64,000 bases of DNA, taken from contig CBDCTZ010000016.1 of the NCBI GenBank assembly GCA_965222375.1, forward strand, positions 2,816,001-2,880,000. Reading direction: 5' to 3'. The stretch comes from Polyangiaceae bacterium (GTDB lineage Bacteria > Myxococcota_A > Polyangia > Polyangiales > Polyangiaceae). Below are positions 1 through 10,639 of this stretch, in pieces. The notes beneath the pieces were generated by a model, which ran no database searches, had not been told where the DNA came from, and worked only from the letters and a program-made list of their open reading frames with translations. Positions within the stretch are counted from its first letter, which is position 1. Each line of letters starts with the position of its first letter. A program made the translations under genes and the position numbers.

Positions 1-780
1 GCCGGCGTGTACCAGGGCGGCTGAACCCGAAGAGGTGCGGACGAGATTCGGGTAGATCGCGTCGCGCAGCAGCATAGCCATCGAACCGGCGACACCCAGG
101 TCGTTGGCGGTCACGGGTGTGCCACTGGTACTGCTTGCAACGACGATCCGCGCCAAGCGTTCTTTGAGATCCGGGATGCCCGCTGCGAGCGCCAAGATGG
201 CCATCACTTCCGAAGCGGCGCTCAGATCGAAGCCGGTCCCGCGGGTTGGCTGACCGGACTTGCCGCCCAGGCTTGTGGTGACGTCGACGAGGGAGCGATC
301 CCCGATGTCTACGACACGTTTCCAAGTGATTGTTTCCGCGTCTAGCTTCGGCTCGCGGCCGCGATACATGTGGTCGTCAATCACGGCTGCTAGCAAGTTG
401 TTCGCCGCCTCGATGGCAGACATGTCGCCTGTCAAGCCGAGGTTGATGCGGTCGAAGGGTTCGAGACGGGACAGACCACCCCCAGCGCCGCCGCCCTTCA
501 GTCCCAACACCGGGGCCAGGCTGGGTTGGCGCAGCGTCGCGATGCTCTGCTTGCCGAGCTGGTTGAGCGCCATCGATAGACCGATGGTCGTGACCGTCTT
601 TCCCTCGCCCAAGGGCGTCGGCGTCATGGCTGTGACAGCGACGTAAGTTGCGCGCTTGTCTCCAAGTCGCGCAGCCCGTGTGATCTTGCAGATATCCCGG
701 CCGAAAGGGATCCACTCATCATCACTTAGTGCCAGGCTGCGGGCCAGCTGCCCGATGTCTTCCGAGGGTGGTGTGCTCAC
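1..780 (-). CDS. fhs: Formate--tetrahydrofolate ligase, 5' part (runs off the window)
   Basis: Manual translation from GTG at 780 gives VTAMTPTPLGEGKTVTTIGL, LRQPSLAPVLGLKGGGAGGG, INLGLTGD, GFDLSAASEVMAILALA and ALVHAG, all Fhs motifs. Missing from the ORF track because it is open at the edge. Confidence 0.93.
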   Translation of the reverse strand, partial: MSTPPSEDIGQLARSLALSDDEWIPFGRDICKITRAARLGDKRATYVAVTAMTPTPLGEGKTVTTIGLSMALNQLGKQSIATLRQPSLAPVLGLKGGGAGGGLSRLEPFDRINLGLTGDMSAIEAANNLLAAVIDDHMYRGREPKLDAETITWKRVVDIGDRSLVDVTTSLGGKSGQPTRGTGFDLSAASEVMAILALAAGIPDLKERLARIVVASSTSGTPVTANDLGVAGSMAMLLRDAIYPNLVRTSSGSAALVHAG

Positions 781-908
781 CCTGCCAGGATACAGCGTCT
801 GGGGCGCCCGTGGCGGGACTGTCCAGGTTCAGCTGCAACTCCGGCTTCGAAACTGCCGCCTCTGGACCTTCATAGGCCGGCATGATTGAGTCGAATCAGG
901 AATCACAT

Positions 909-3713
909 ATGGCCGATCCCTGGCCCAACACTCTGAGCCTCCCCTTCGTTGAAGAGCTTTATCAACGCTTCCTGACAGACCCGGGATCCGTTGATGCGAG
1001 CTGGCGTAGCTACTTCGAGCGTATGCCGCGGGACGCCTTCATGGGCGCTCCGCAAATCGGTCCGCGTTTCGAGGCGCGCAGCGTCTTCAATCCAGAGAAT
1101 GGTCGTGCGCGGAGTAACGGTGCCGGCATTGCTGGAGATCCCTTCGAGGTCGCTGTCCGTCAAGATCGTGTTGACCAGTTGGTGCGCGCGTATCGCGTCC
1201 GGGGTCATATGGTCGCTCAAGTCGACCCACTTGGATTGCCGCGTTCGGACCAACCCGAGCTGCACCCGGAGTTCTATGGGTTGACGAACGTCGACCTAGA
1301 TCGCGTGTTTTCCAGCCGGACCATCTCGGGTGCCTCCACGCTGACGTTACGTCAGATTCTCGATCGACTTCGCGCCACATACTGCCGCTCCATCGGCGTG
1401 CAATTCATGCACATCGACGATCTTTCCGTGAAGCAGTGGCTTCAGGATCGCATGGAGCTCGAGGAAGACCGCACTCGCCTCAGCCGCGACGAGCAGCTGC
1501 GGATCCTCACCAAACTCACCGACGCCGTGATCTTCGAAGAGTTCATCCAGAAGAAATACCTCGGCGCCAAGAGCTTCTCTCTCGAAGGCTCCGAGAGTCT
1601 GATCCCGCTACTCATCTTCGCCATTGAACGGGCAGCAGAACACGGCGTTGACGAAGTGGTTTTGGGCATGGCCCACCGTGGTCGTCTGAACGTGCTCGCG
1701 AACATCTTGGGGAAGAGCGCCCGAGCGATCTTCCGCGAGTTCGATGACCGGGATGCCAAGCTCTACTTGGGCAGCGGTGACGTCAAATACCACATGGGTT
1801 ACAGCTCGGATTACGTCGCTGCCAACGGCAATCGCGTGCATCTGTCCTTGTGTTTCAACCCCAGTCACCTGGAGTTCGTGAACACGGTCGTGCAGGGTAG
1901 GGTTCGCGCCAAGCAAGATCGCGTCGGCGACACGGAGCGCAGCCGCAAGGTCGGGCTGCTCATCCACGGGGATGCTGCCTTCGCCGGAGAAGGCATCGTG
2001 CAGGAGACCCTCAATCTGAGTGAGCTGCACGCGTATCGTACGGGCGGTACCATCCACGTGATCGTGAACAACCAGATCGGTTTCACGACGCCACCGCAAC
2101 AGAGTCGCTCCAGCGTGTACGCGACCGATGTCGCGAAGATGCTCCAGATACCGATTTTCCACGTCAACGGCGAGGACCCCGACGCCGTGGCGGAAGTGAT
2201 TCGCCTTGCGTCGGATTTTCGCGCCACATTTCAGCGGGACGTCGTGATCGACATGTACGGCTACCGAAGGCACGGTCACAACGAGGGTGACGAACCGTCC
2301 TTCACTCAACCCGTGCTGTATGCGGCCATCGCCCAGCGCAAGAGCGTGCGGGACGGCTACCTGGAGCACCTGTCTCGGCTTGGTGGCGTCAGTCGAGAGG
2401 AAGCAGACCAAATCGCCGTCCAGCGTCGGGAGCATCTAGAGGGCGAGCTGGATCAGGCGCGGACCGCCGACTACGTGCGAAGATCGGATTGGCTCGGCGG
2501 TTACTGGCAGGGCTACTGCGGCGGGCCCGAGGCGGATGTGCCCGAGGTGGATACCTGCGTCGACGCCGATCGACTCGCGCTGCTACTGGGCAAGCTCACC
2601 GAGCTGCCGGCGGACTTCAAAGCCCACCGCAAGATCGAGAGGCTCTTGGTGCTTCGCCGAGAGATGGGTCGCGGGGATCGCCCCCTGGATTGGGGCACCG
2701 CAGAGCAACTCGCTTTCGCCACGTTGGCTACGAGCGGCGTACGCATTCGATTCACCGGTCAAGACGCCAGCCGAGGCACTTTCAGTCATCGGCACACCCG
2801 CTTCTACGACGTGGAAGACGGCCACGCCTTCATGCCCCTCGCCCACTTGGCGCCCTCCCAGGGGGTGGTCGAGATCTACAACAGCGCCCTGTCTGAAGCT
2901 GGCGTGTTGGGTTTCGAGTACGGCTTTTCCCTGGATTGGCCTGATGGCCTCGTGGTTTGGGAAGCGCAGTTCGGGGATTTCGTGAATACCGCGCAGGTGA
3001 TCATCGATCAGTTCATCACCAGTGCCGAAGACAAGTGGAAGCGGCTTTCGGGGCTCGTCATGCTGCTGCCCCACGGCTTTGAAGGCCAAGGCCCGGAGCA
3101 CTCTAGCGCGCGGCTGGAGCGGTTCTTGATGCAAGCTGCGGAAGAGAACATTCAGATCGCACAGCCCACGACACCCGCTCAACATTTTCACCTGCTGCGG
3201 CGCCAGGTCCTCAGGCCATGGCGCAAACCGCTGATCGTGTTCTCACCCAAGAGCCTGTTGCGCCACCCCCGCGCGACTAGCAGCTTGCAAGAATGCGCCG
3301 AGGGGCAATTCCAGCGGATCATACCGGACACCAGCGTCAACCCTCGGGAGGTCACCCGCGTTCTGATGTGTAGCGGGAAGATCTATTACGAGCTGCTTGC
3401 GCACCGCGAAAAGGAGAGTCGGGACGACGTCGCCATCGTGCGTATCGAGCAACTCTACCCGCTGCCGGAGGCGTTTCTGAGGGAGTCGCTCAGCAGTTAC
3501 GCAGCGGACGTGGACGTGGTGTGGGTGCAAGACGAGCCCGAGAATATGGGTGCTTGGCGGTACTTGCGCGGCCGCTTCGGTGGGAGGCTGTTCCGCCGGC
3601 ACGCGTTTTCCTGTGTGTCCCGCGAAGAATCCGCTAGCCCCGCGACAGGGTCGCCCGCCGCGCACAAGCTGGAGCAAAAATCGATAATAGAGCAGGCGTT
3701 CTCGCGGGGCTGA
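909..3713 (+). CDS. sucA: 2-oxoglutarate dehydrogenase E1
   Basis: GMAHRGRLNVL, GDVKYHMG, HGDAAFAGEG (ThDP binding), WEAQFGDF, LPHGFEGQGPEHSSAR. Start at 909 or 882. Confidence 0.97.
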   Translation: MADPWPNTLSLPFVEELYQRFLTDPGSVDASWRSYFERMPRDAFMGAPQIGPRFEARSVFNPENGRARSNGAGIAGDPFEVAVRQDRVDQLVRAYRVRGHMVAQVDPLGLPRSDQPELHPEFYGLTNVDLDRVFSSRTISGASTLTLRQILDRLRATYCRSIGVQFMHIDDLSVKQWLQDRMELEEDRTRLSRDEQLRILTKLTDAVIFEEFIQKKYLGAKSFSLEGSESLIPLLIFAIERAAEHGVDEVVLGMAHRGRLNVLANILGKSARAIFREFDDRDAKLYLGSGDVKYHMGYSSDYVAANGNRVHLSLCFNPSHLEFVNTVVQGRVRAKQDRVGDTERSRKVGLLIHGDAAFAGEGIVQETLNLSELHAYRTGGTIHVIVNNQIGFTTPPQQSRSSVYATDVAKMLQIPIFHVNGEDPDAVAEVIRLASDFRATFQRDVVIDMYGYRRHGHNEGDEPSFTQPVLYAAIAQRKSVRDGYLEHLSRLGGVSREEADQIAVQRREHLEGELDQARTADYVRRSDWLGGYWQGYCGGPEADVPEVDTCVDADRLALLLGKLTELPADFKAHRKIERLLVLRREMGRGDRPLDWGTAEQLAFATLATSGVRIRFTGQDASRGTFSHRHTRFYDVEDGHAFMPLAHLAPSQGVVEIYNSALSEAGVLGFEYGFSLDWPDGLVVWEAQFGDFVNTAQVIIDQFITSAEDKWKRLSGLVMLLPHGFEGQGPEHSSARLERFLMQAAEENIQIAQPTTPAQHFHLLRRQVLRPWRKPLIVFSPKSLLRHPRATSSLQECAEGQFQRIIPDTSVNPREVTRVLMCSGKIYYELLAHREKESRDDVAIVRIEQLYPLPEAFLRESLSSYAADVDVVWVQDEPENMGAWRYLRGRFGGRLFRRHAFSCVSREESASPATGSPAAHKLEQKSIIEQAFSRG

Positions 3714-3745
3714 GTGCCGAATGAACCAAGGAGAGAAGTGAACTC

Positions 3746-5032
3746 ATGGCCGTCGAGTTGAAAGTTCCGAGCGTGGGCGAGTCGATCACCGAAGTCCAGA
3801 TCGGAGACTGGCTGAAGGGTGTGGGCGACGCTGTGCGTCGTGATGAAACCCTCGTCATGATCGAGACGGACAAGGTCACCGTCGAGCTTCCCGCCCCGAC
3901 CGACGGCGTGATGGCCGAGATCCGCGTCAAGTCGGGGGAGATGGCCACGGTGGGAGACGTCATTGGTGTCATGAACGAGGGCGCGGCTGCCGCGCCCCAG
4001 CCGAGCGCCACGGTGGCTCAGAGTGATGCGCAGTTTCCGGCTCCGGAGCCCACGCCGGATCCCCCGACTCAGCCCTTGGAGGCAGCGGCCGCGGTGCCGC
4101 CCGCCGAAAAGAAGAAGGTGGGTGTGGAGTCCCTTCCGCCCCAGGGCTTCGCGCGGGTTATGCCAAGCGCAAAGCGCGTCATGGCTCAAGCAGGCCTTAG
4201 CCCTGAGCAGGTCGAAGGGACGGGTCCAGGCGGGCGCATTCTCAAAGAGGACGCAATGCGGGCGGAAGCCAGCCCAGCGGCGCCGGCGCCCCCAGCGATG
4301 CCTGCTGTCGCCCAGCCTCCAGTGACACCCGGCGAAAACGAAGAAGTCGTCGCGATGAGCCCCATGCGCCGCCGCATCGCCGAGCGCTTGGTTCAATCGC
4401 AACAGACCGCCGCGCTACTCACGACCTTCAACGAGATCGACATGAGTGCCGTGATTGCGCTGCGCAAGGAGTACCAGCCGAAATTCCTGGACAAGCACGG
4501 CATCAAGCTCGGCTTCATGTCCTTCTTCGTAAAAGCCGCGGTGGAGGCTCTGAAGCTCATCCCTGCTGTTAACGCGGAGATTCGCGGTACCGACATCGTC
4601 TACAAGAACTTCTTCGACATTGGCGTCGCCGTCGGCGGTGGCAAGGGCTTGGTAGTCCCCGTGATCCGAGCTGCGGATCGCCTGGGCTTCGCCGAGGTGG
4701 AGCTGACCATTGCCGAGCTTGGCAAGCGCGCCAAAGAAAACAAGTTGAAGCTGGATGAGTTGATGGGTGGGACGTTCACCATCTCCAACGGCGGCATCTA
4801 CGGGTCGCTGATGTCCACGCCCATCGTGAACCCACCTCAGAGTGGGATCCTGGGCCTGCACGCCATCCAAGATCGCCCCATGGCTCGTGACGGTCAGGTC
4901 GTGATCTTGCCCATGATGTATGTCGCCCTGACCTATGACCACCGCATCGTCGACGGCCGAGAAGCGGTTACGTTTCTCAAACGCATCAAAGAGTGCATCG
5001 AAGATCCCGCTCGCATCCTGCTCGAGGTTTGA
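3746..5032 (+). CDS. sucB: 2-oxoglutarate dehydrogenase E2, dihydrolipoamide succinyltransferase
   Basis: Lipoyl domain ETDKV, E3-binding [12 protein letters not shown], catalytic DHRIVDG; follows sucA. Confidence 0.97.
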   Translation: MAVELKVPSVGESITEVQIGDWLKGVGDAVRRDETLVMIETDKVTVELPAPTDGVMAEIRVKSGEMATVGDVIGVMNEGAAAAPQPSATVAQSDAQFPAPEPTPDPPTQPLEAAAAVPPAEKKKVGVESLPPQGFARVMPSAKRVMAQAGLSPEQVEGTGPGGRILKEDAMRAEASPAAPAPPAMPAVAQPPVTPGENEEVVAMSPMRRRIAERLVQSQQTAALLTTFNEIDMSAVIALRKEYQPKFLDKHGIKLGFMSFFVKAAVEALKLIPAVNAEIRGTDIVYKNFFDIGVAVGGGKGLVVPVIRAADRLGFAEVELTIAELGKRAKENKLKLDELMGGTFTISNGGIYGSLMSTPIVNPPQSGILGLHAIQDRPMARDGQVVILPMMYVALTYDHRIVDGREAVTFLKRIKECIEDPARILLEV

Positions 5033-5139
5033 GCTCGCCTTCGGCCGTCGCCACGCTTCGTGAAGGCCAAGTTGAGCGGCGCTTGAATTCTCTCTGAGCA
5101 CTGCCGAAGTGCCCTGGTTATCGACGCCGTCCTGGCCTA

Positions 5140-5764
5140 TTGAAGGAGTGTGAAACTGGGACGCGGTATTGGGAGCGTGGTCACGAATCCGGGGATCCGG
5201 TCGGCTACGTCTACGCCCGGGCGATCAATGCGCCTGCTTCGGACCCAGGCACGGAAATCGTGAGCGTGGATCAAGGGACCCACGGTGAAGTCAAAGCGTT
5301 TGTCGCGGGCGCGAGCGCTCTATACTGGTACACGATCGATGGGGGTGCCGACGAGGTACGTACCACGCCTCTCTCCGGTGGCACTCCAACGGCAGTACCG
5401 GTGGGTACTATCGCCTCTGGCTTGACCAACTCCCGCGTCGTGCTCCGCACGATGGGCAATACGCTTTATTGCAACCAGGAGGTTGGAACGTCCTTTGCGA
5501 ACGGCATCTATCGTTGGGCACCTGGGGACGCTGCCGGCACCCAATTGGTCGTCTACGAGGGCGTGCGAGACTTCCTGGTGGATGCAAATTTCATCTACTA
5601 CACCGACGGTGGCAACAAGACCTTCAAGGCCCCCATCGTTGGCGGTGCGGGTGTCGAGATAGCCGGTGTCGGGGGGCACCAAGTTCATTCACCAGGATGC
5701 CGACTCCATCTACCTGACCAAGAGCACCTGCTGCGTGACCAGCATTTATCGGATCCTGAAGTAG
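5140..5764 (+). pseudogene. Fragment of a beta-propeller-like protein (LYW/IYY repeats), frameshifted and probably 5'-truncated
   Basis: Repeats ALYWY, TLYCN, FIYYTD. Removing one G from the G6 run at 5671-5676 continues as TKFIHQDADSIYLTKSTCCVTSIYRILK* (TAG 5762-5764), ending just before the convergent gene. Confidence 0.55.
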
Positions 5765-5768
5765 GAGC

Positions 5769-6653
5769 TCAGGGCTGCGCGCAAACCAGGTTCAGTCGCA
5801 AGGAGATTGCCGCGAGTTTCGGCGCGTCGTCCTTGCGCGGGATCCGACGCATGAGCCCGATCATCAAGGCTACCCAGGCCAAGCCGTTCTGCCTCTGCAC
5901 GGAGCCCAATTCCGTCGTGTCCCACTCCTCGGGGCGCAGCTGTTGGAGGGCAGCCTCGAAGTAGGCGCGGTTGCTCGCCTCGTCGAGTTCGAGCCCCGCC
6001 GCAGCGAGCTCGTCGCTAAATGAGCGGAGAGCTTCCCACTGCGCCCGCCGCCCCTCCGGAAGCCGAATATCCACGGCACGAGTCCACTGAAGTCGCTCGC
6101 TTTCCTGCGCCTGCACGTACTTGATCTCGACGCGGGACCAGTCGTAGCGGAACGCCCGCGATTCGTTGGTGATGGTGACGCTCTTGCCCCGGCGTTCTCT
6201 CTCATCGATGAAGGTGAGCAAATGACCTGTTGTCGCAAACACGCGCTCCACCTTCTCGCCGTCGACGCTCAAGCTGACATCGCTGCCGAGTTCCTTTAGG
6301 TACGGTGAGGCAGCCGCGCTGACGCCCGTCTTGGCCTGCCTCGCTCGTGCTTGGGCCCACTCCAAGCACTTCGTCGCGGGCAGACTGCCGCAGCTGCAGA
6401 TCTCTGTGGCTATCGGCCACGCGCGGCGCTGTTTCGATTGGGTGAAAGCGGCCGTGCGTAGTGCAGCATGGCTTGGTGCGAAACTTTCGAGTGTTCCCTT
6501 GTCGCACGTCGCCGCGGGTTCCAGTCGAAGCACACGCGGCTCTTTGCGCGCCTGGGTCGGCTTGGGTGAGGATGGTGCGCCACCGGCCACGGTGCAGCCG
6601 GTGGTAGCGCATGTCAGCAATAGAACGCTCCTCGATGACCTCAGCAGCGCCAT
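5769..6653 (-). CDS. Hypothetical exported or lipoprotein
   Basis: 294-aa ORF with hydrophobic N-terminus and Cys (LLLTCATTGC); fills the gap between neighbours. Confidence 0.6.
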   Translation of the reverse strand: MALLRSSRSVLLLTCATTGCTVAGGAPSSPKPTQARKEPRVLRLEPAATCDKGTLESFAPSHAALRTAAFTQSKQRRAWPIATEICSCGSLPATKCLEWAQARARQAKTGVSAAASPYLKELGSDVSLSVDGEKVERVFATTGHLLTFIDERERRGKSVTITNESRAFRYDWSRVEIKYVQAQESERLQWTRAVDIRLPEGRRAQWEALRSFSDELAAAGLELDEASNRAYFEAALQQLRPEEWDTTELGSVQRQNGLAWVALMIGLMRRIPRKDDAPKLAAISLRLNLVCAQP

Positions 6654-6842
6654 ACTCGCGAGTTCAGCTAGCCCTTCTTCGCACTCTTCGCAACTCGCGC
6701 GCCCGCGGCCCCCCCAGCGCGGGCAGCGCGGGGGCGATCTTTGTCGGTCAGAAGGAGCTCGAGTTGCGTTTGAGCCTAGCTCGCGGAGCGGCGAGTCAAG
6801 TTCCGTGCGCGCTGTCGCGAGTTAGGCTAGGCAACAGCACGC

Positions 6843-7634
6843 ATGCAGGCGGCCAACACCACGCCGAAAGCTGAGCTCATCGAGCAGTTCGAGGCTCTGG
6901 GCGTGACGCGCGGCGGCGTGTTGCTAGTTCACACCTCTTTTCGCGCCGTAGGCCCAGTGGAAGGTGGCCCGCTCGGGTTGATTGAGGCCCTTCGCGAAGC
7001 CCTCGGCAAAGAAGGCACCTTGGTGATGCCCTCCTGGTCCGACAGCGATGATGAACCCTTCGACGCAACCGAGACCGAGCCTGCTCCGGATCCGGGAGTC
7101 GTGCCGCGGATGTTTTGGCGCCTCCCGAACGTGCTTCGTAGCAACCACCCGCAGGCCTTTGCCGCTGTCGGGGCCCAGGCTGCGGAAGTGCTGCGGGATG
7201 GGTTGCCGCTTCCGCCTCACATTCCAGAGAGCCCGGTGGGTCGAGTGCACGAGCTGGGTGGTCAGGTTCTGTTGCTCGGCGTCAATCATGACGCCAACAC
7301 GACGATTCATCTGGCGGAGCTTTTCGCGCGGGTCGAGTATCGTACGCTCAAGCACTGCACCATCGTTCGAGACGGACAGCCAGTTCGAGTCGACTACGAG
7401 GAAAACGACCACTGCGGTAAGTGCTTCATCTTGGTAGACGAATGGCTTCGCGCCGAAGGGCTGCAATCTGAGGGACTCGTGGGCCACGCCGCTGCGAAAC
7501 TGGCGCGCTCACGGGATGTCGTTGGCGTGGTGGTGGACCACCTCCGCAAAGACCCGCTCCAGTTTCTGCATCCCAGCTCCGCCCGCTGCACCGAATGCGA
7601 TGCAGCTCGAAGGAGCGTGCCCGTGCCGGGCTGA
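6843..7634 (+). CDS. aac(3): Aminoglycoside N(3)-acetyltransferase, AAC(3)-IV-like
   Basis: GGVLLVHTSF, GPLGLIEALR, GTLVMPSWS, FWRLPNV, PLPPH, GQVLLLGVNHDANTTIHLAE, VDYEENDHC and C-terminal CTECDAARRS closely follow AAC(3)-IVa as I recall it. Confidence 0.88.
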   Translation: MQAANTTPKAELIEQFEALGVTRGGVLLVHTSFRAVGPVEGGPLGLIEALREALGKEGTLVMPSWSDSDDEPFDATETEPAPDPGVVPRMFWRLPNVLRSNHPQAFAAVGAQAAEVLRDGLPLPPHIPESPVGRVHELGGQVLLLGVNHDANTTIHLAELFARVEYRTLKHCTIVRDGQPVRVDYEENDHCGKCFILVDEWLRAEGLQSEGLVGHAAAKLARSRDVVGVVVDHLRKDPLQFLHPSSARCTECDAARRSVPVPG

Positions 7635-7840
7635 CGCGTTGGATGCCCCGCTGCGGGAAGCGCGCCCCTGCCTGCCCCAGGGATGCGACCCCAAAAACCA
7701 GGCCGCCGAAGGCGAGAACACGTGATTACGCCGCGTGCTGCCCAAAGTGTGGCCTGGGGCCACACTCGCGCCGGTCAATCGAAGAATCGCCGGAGATCAA
7801 GCAGATCCGAGGCGAACGGGACGACGGCACGGACCTTGCG

Positions 7841-8560
7841 ATGTTCTCCAACGTCATGCGTTTCTGTCTCGGCTTTGGGCTTCTCGTAGCGCTGTCCTTT
7901 TCCCCGTCGGCCGCTGGGGCCCGTCCCAACTCGGCTGACGACACCGTGGAGGCCACACTAGAGGAAACGTCCCGGGATGACGCTACAGAGCCGGAACCGG
8001 CTCCCCCGCCGCGCAAGCGCAAGCGCCCGGGAACGTTCTTCTTGGGTGAGCTCGGGGCGGGTGCGCTGTTCGGACCCGACGGCGGGCGGATGGTGGCGGG
8101 CACCTTCGGGGTCGGAGGCAAGTGGCGAGGCTTTCCTCCACGGTTTTATCTCATCGGTGAACTCGAGGCGGTCGGCGGCATGAGTCGTCAGGGTTACTAC
8201 GAGGACGGTACTCCGCTTCAGGACGAGCTGAGCATGTTTGCCATGGGCCTTGGGTTGCGTATGTACATTCCCTTGGCGGGCCCGCTGCGCCTGCTCACCG
8301 AGGCGACCGGGGGAAGCGTCAAGCTGACTGCCCGCGAAGTGTCAGATGCCGGCGTGTTCGAGGAGTCCATCAATCGCGGCTACTTCGCATTAGGCATCGG
8401 ACCGCAAGTACGGGTGTTGCATCATCTCTCTCTCGGCGCGCGCTTCGAGGCCATGTGGATCGACTACTCAGGGGTTTCCAGTGCTTCGAACCTCGCGAGG
8501 TGGGAGCCGAGTGCGTCGAGCCGCACCCGCGTGCTCGGCACGGCGACCTTTCACTTCTAG
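7841..8560 (+). CDS. Putative outer-membrane beta-barrel protein
   Basis: Signal peptide, alternating amphipathic strands, C-terminal aromatic signature (TATFHF). Start uncertain. Confidence 0.6.
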   Translation: MFSNVMRFCLGFGLLVALSFSPSAAGARPNSADDTVEATLEETSRDDATEPEPAPPPRKRKRPGTFFLGELGAGALFGPDGGRMVAGTFGVGGKWRGFPPRFYLIGELEAVGGMSRQGYYEDGTPLQDELSMFAMGLGLRMYIPLAGPLRLLTEATGGSVKLTAREVSDAGVFEESINRGYFALGIGPQVRVLHHLSLGARFEAMWIDYSGVSSASNLARWEPSASSRTRVLGTATFHF

Positions 8561-8673
8561 CGCTGCCGCGGCATCGAGCTGCTGAGGCTAGTTCCAGGCT
8601 TGCGGCCCAGACATCTCTCCGGGTGCTAGAGAAACCCGCAGCGAGCGTGTAGAAGCGAAGCTGGAGGTGGACC

Positions 8674-10575
8674 GTGGCTTCAGCCCGAGGCAAAGGCCCG
8701 CAGTCGCAAGATCCTGGCGACGGTGGTTACGAAGACGAAACCGAGCCCTACGTGTCTCAGAAGCGACCAGAGCCCGACTTCGCGAGCACTCTCGAACTCT
8801 CGTCGGATGAGCTGATCGAGGTTGGCGAGCCCAACAACGAGCCGGTGCACTTCATGGGAAAGCCAGTGGGTGCGATGGACTTTGCCGATCGCTACGAGCG
8901 TGTGGAGCTGTTGGGTCGCGGCGGCATGGGCGTGGTGGACTTGGTCGAAGACCGTCAGGTAGGCCGAAGTGTTGCCATGAAGACTCTGATGGACCCGACG
9001 GAGGGTCGCGACAGTGTCGAGGAGCTACGCTTCATGCGGGAAGCCAGCATTCAGGGTCAGCTCGAGCACCCGACCATCCCGGCTGTGTACGACGTCGGGG
9101 TCAATCCCCGTGGACAAGCATACTTCACCATGCAGCGGGTGCGGGGGGTGACCTTGCACGACATATTCCGCAAACGCGCGGACGGCCGCGAGACGCACTT
9201 CTCCCTACGGCGCCTGCTCGAAGCCTTTGGTCGCGTGTGCCTGGCGGTGCACTTCGCCCATCACCGACGCGTCGTGCACCGGGATCTCAAACCCACGAAT
9301 ATCATGTTGGGTCGTTTCGGAGAGGTGCACGTCCTGGATTGGGGCATTGCACACCTGGCGGCCGAGGGACCCAATGCGGCCACCCAACAGGAGGTCACAT
9401 TGCACGACGTCTCAGTGCCGGCGGAAAGCCTGAGCTTGACCGGCGCCGGCCAGATGATCGGCACTATGGGTTACGCAGCACCCGAGCAGTTGAATCCCGA
9501 GTTTGGAGAGCGTGGACCCGCCATGGACATCTACTCCCTGGGGGCGATCCTGTTCGAGATCTTGTCCGGTGAACGTTTGCACCCTGACGATGAAATGGGT
9601 GCGGCCATGAGCACCTTGGAGGGGACTGCGGATCCTAGCCCATCGCACCGCAGTGGATCCCACGACATCGCGCGGGACTTCGACGCCATCTGCGCAAGGG
9701 CAACGGCTCTGGATCCGAAGAAGCGTTTTCGCACGGCGCGCCAGCTTCACGACGCCGTGGAGCACGTGCTGGACGCGCGTCTCGTCGGTACCGGACCAGT
9801 TGCCGAACCAAAGGATGGGAGGGTCACCGGAACCGAACCGAAAAAGTTTTTGCGCACCGAGACTCCGCAGACGCCAACTCGAGCCACGTCTTCCGAGGGT
9901 TTGGGGAGCGGTGCGGCCCAAGGGGAGGTGGCGACCAGCTTGGAAGAGGCTCACGACAAGCGTACTCGGCTCGTCGGGCGAGTGGCTGCGGTTGCGTACG
10001 CAAGCTTGGGGCTGTACTTGCCGCTGTTCTTGTGGGCAGGTGTCGCGAACGTTCGGTCGCTGATTGGTTTCTACGCGTTGGTGGTGGCCGCCGCCGTCAT
10101 CAGCTTCTGGGTCTCCCAGCAACGAAAACCAAGCAACTACTTGGTTGTCGTTGCGATGCTCACAAGTACAGGAGCGCTTGTTTCCTCTGCGACGCTATTC
10201 GGCGCTCTCGTACTCATGCCGGGTCTCGTTGCCTTGAACACGACAGGGTATTCTTTGGTGCTTCGCCAACCCTGGCGCAGCTTGAATATCGCTCTGGGCG
10301 TCGTGTGCGTTGCGATTCCGGGCTTGATGGAGCTTTGGGGTGATCGCTACTTGTTCGAGCCTACGTCGATCACAATCTACCCGCGCGCGGTTCTCTTCGA
10401 GCCCGCCCCAGCCTTGCTTATGTTGATCATCGGCGGCATCGCGACGGTGCTCACCGGCGCACTAGCGACCGCCATGGTGCGGCAGAGCCTCGACGACACT
10501 GAGCGGAAGTTGGGGACGCTCGCGTGGCAGCTGGAGCAGCGCCGCGGTCCGCCCAGTGGTGGCTCCTCCAATTGA
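8674..10575 (+). CDS. Membrane-anchored Ser/Thr protein kinase
   Basis: LGRGGMG, VAMK, HRDLKPTN, VLDWG, GTMGYAAPE, DIYSLG; several C-terminal TM helices. Confidence 0.92.
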   Translation: MASARGKGPQSQDPGDGGYEDETEPYVSQKRPEPDFASTLELSSDELIEVGEPNNEPVHFMGKPVGAMDFADRYERVELLGRGGMGVVDLVEDRQVGRSVAMKTLMDPTEGRDSVEELRFMREASIQGQLEHPTIPAVYDVGVNPRGQAYFTMQRVRGVTLHDIFRKRADGRETHFSLRRLLEAFGRVCLAVHFAHHRRVVHRDLKPTNIMLGRFGEVHVLDWGIAHLAAEGPNAATQQEVTLHDVSVPAESLSLTGAGQMIGTMGYAAPEQLNPEFGERGPAMDIYSLGAILFEILSGERLHPDDEMGAAMSTLEGTADPSPSHRSGSHDIARDFDAICARATALDPKKRFRTARQLHDAVEHVLDARLVGTGPVAEPKDGRVTGTEPKKFLRTETPQTPTRATSSEGLGSGAAQGEVATSLEEAHDKRTRLVGRVAAVAYASLGLYLPLFLWAGVANVRSLIGFYALVVAAAVISFWVSQQRKPSNYLVVVAMLTSTGALVSSATLFGALVLMPGLVALNTTGYSLVLRQPWRSLNIALGVVCVAIPGLMELWGDRYLFEPTSITIYPRAVLFEPAPALLMLIIGGIATVLTGALATAMVRQSLDDTERKLGTLAWQLEQRRGPPSGGSSN

Positions 10576-10639
10576 GCCTCACTGGTGTTTGGTTTTTTGG
10601 GCTGGCGCCAGCCGCGCCGCGAACGCTATACCCAGCGCC

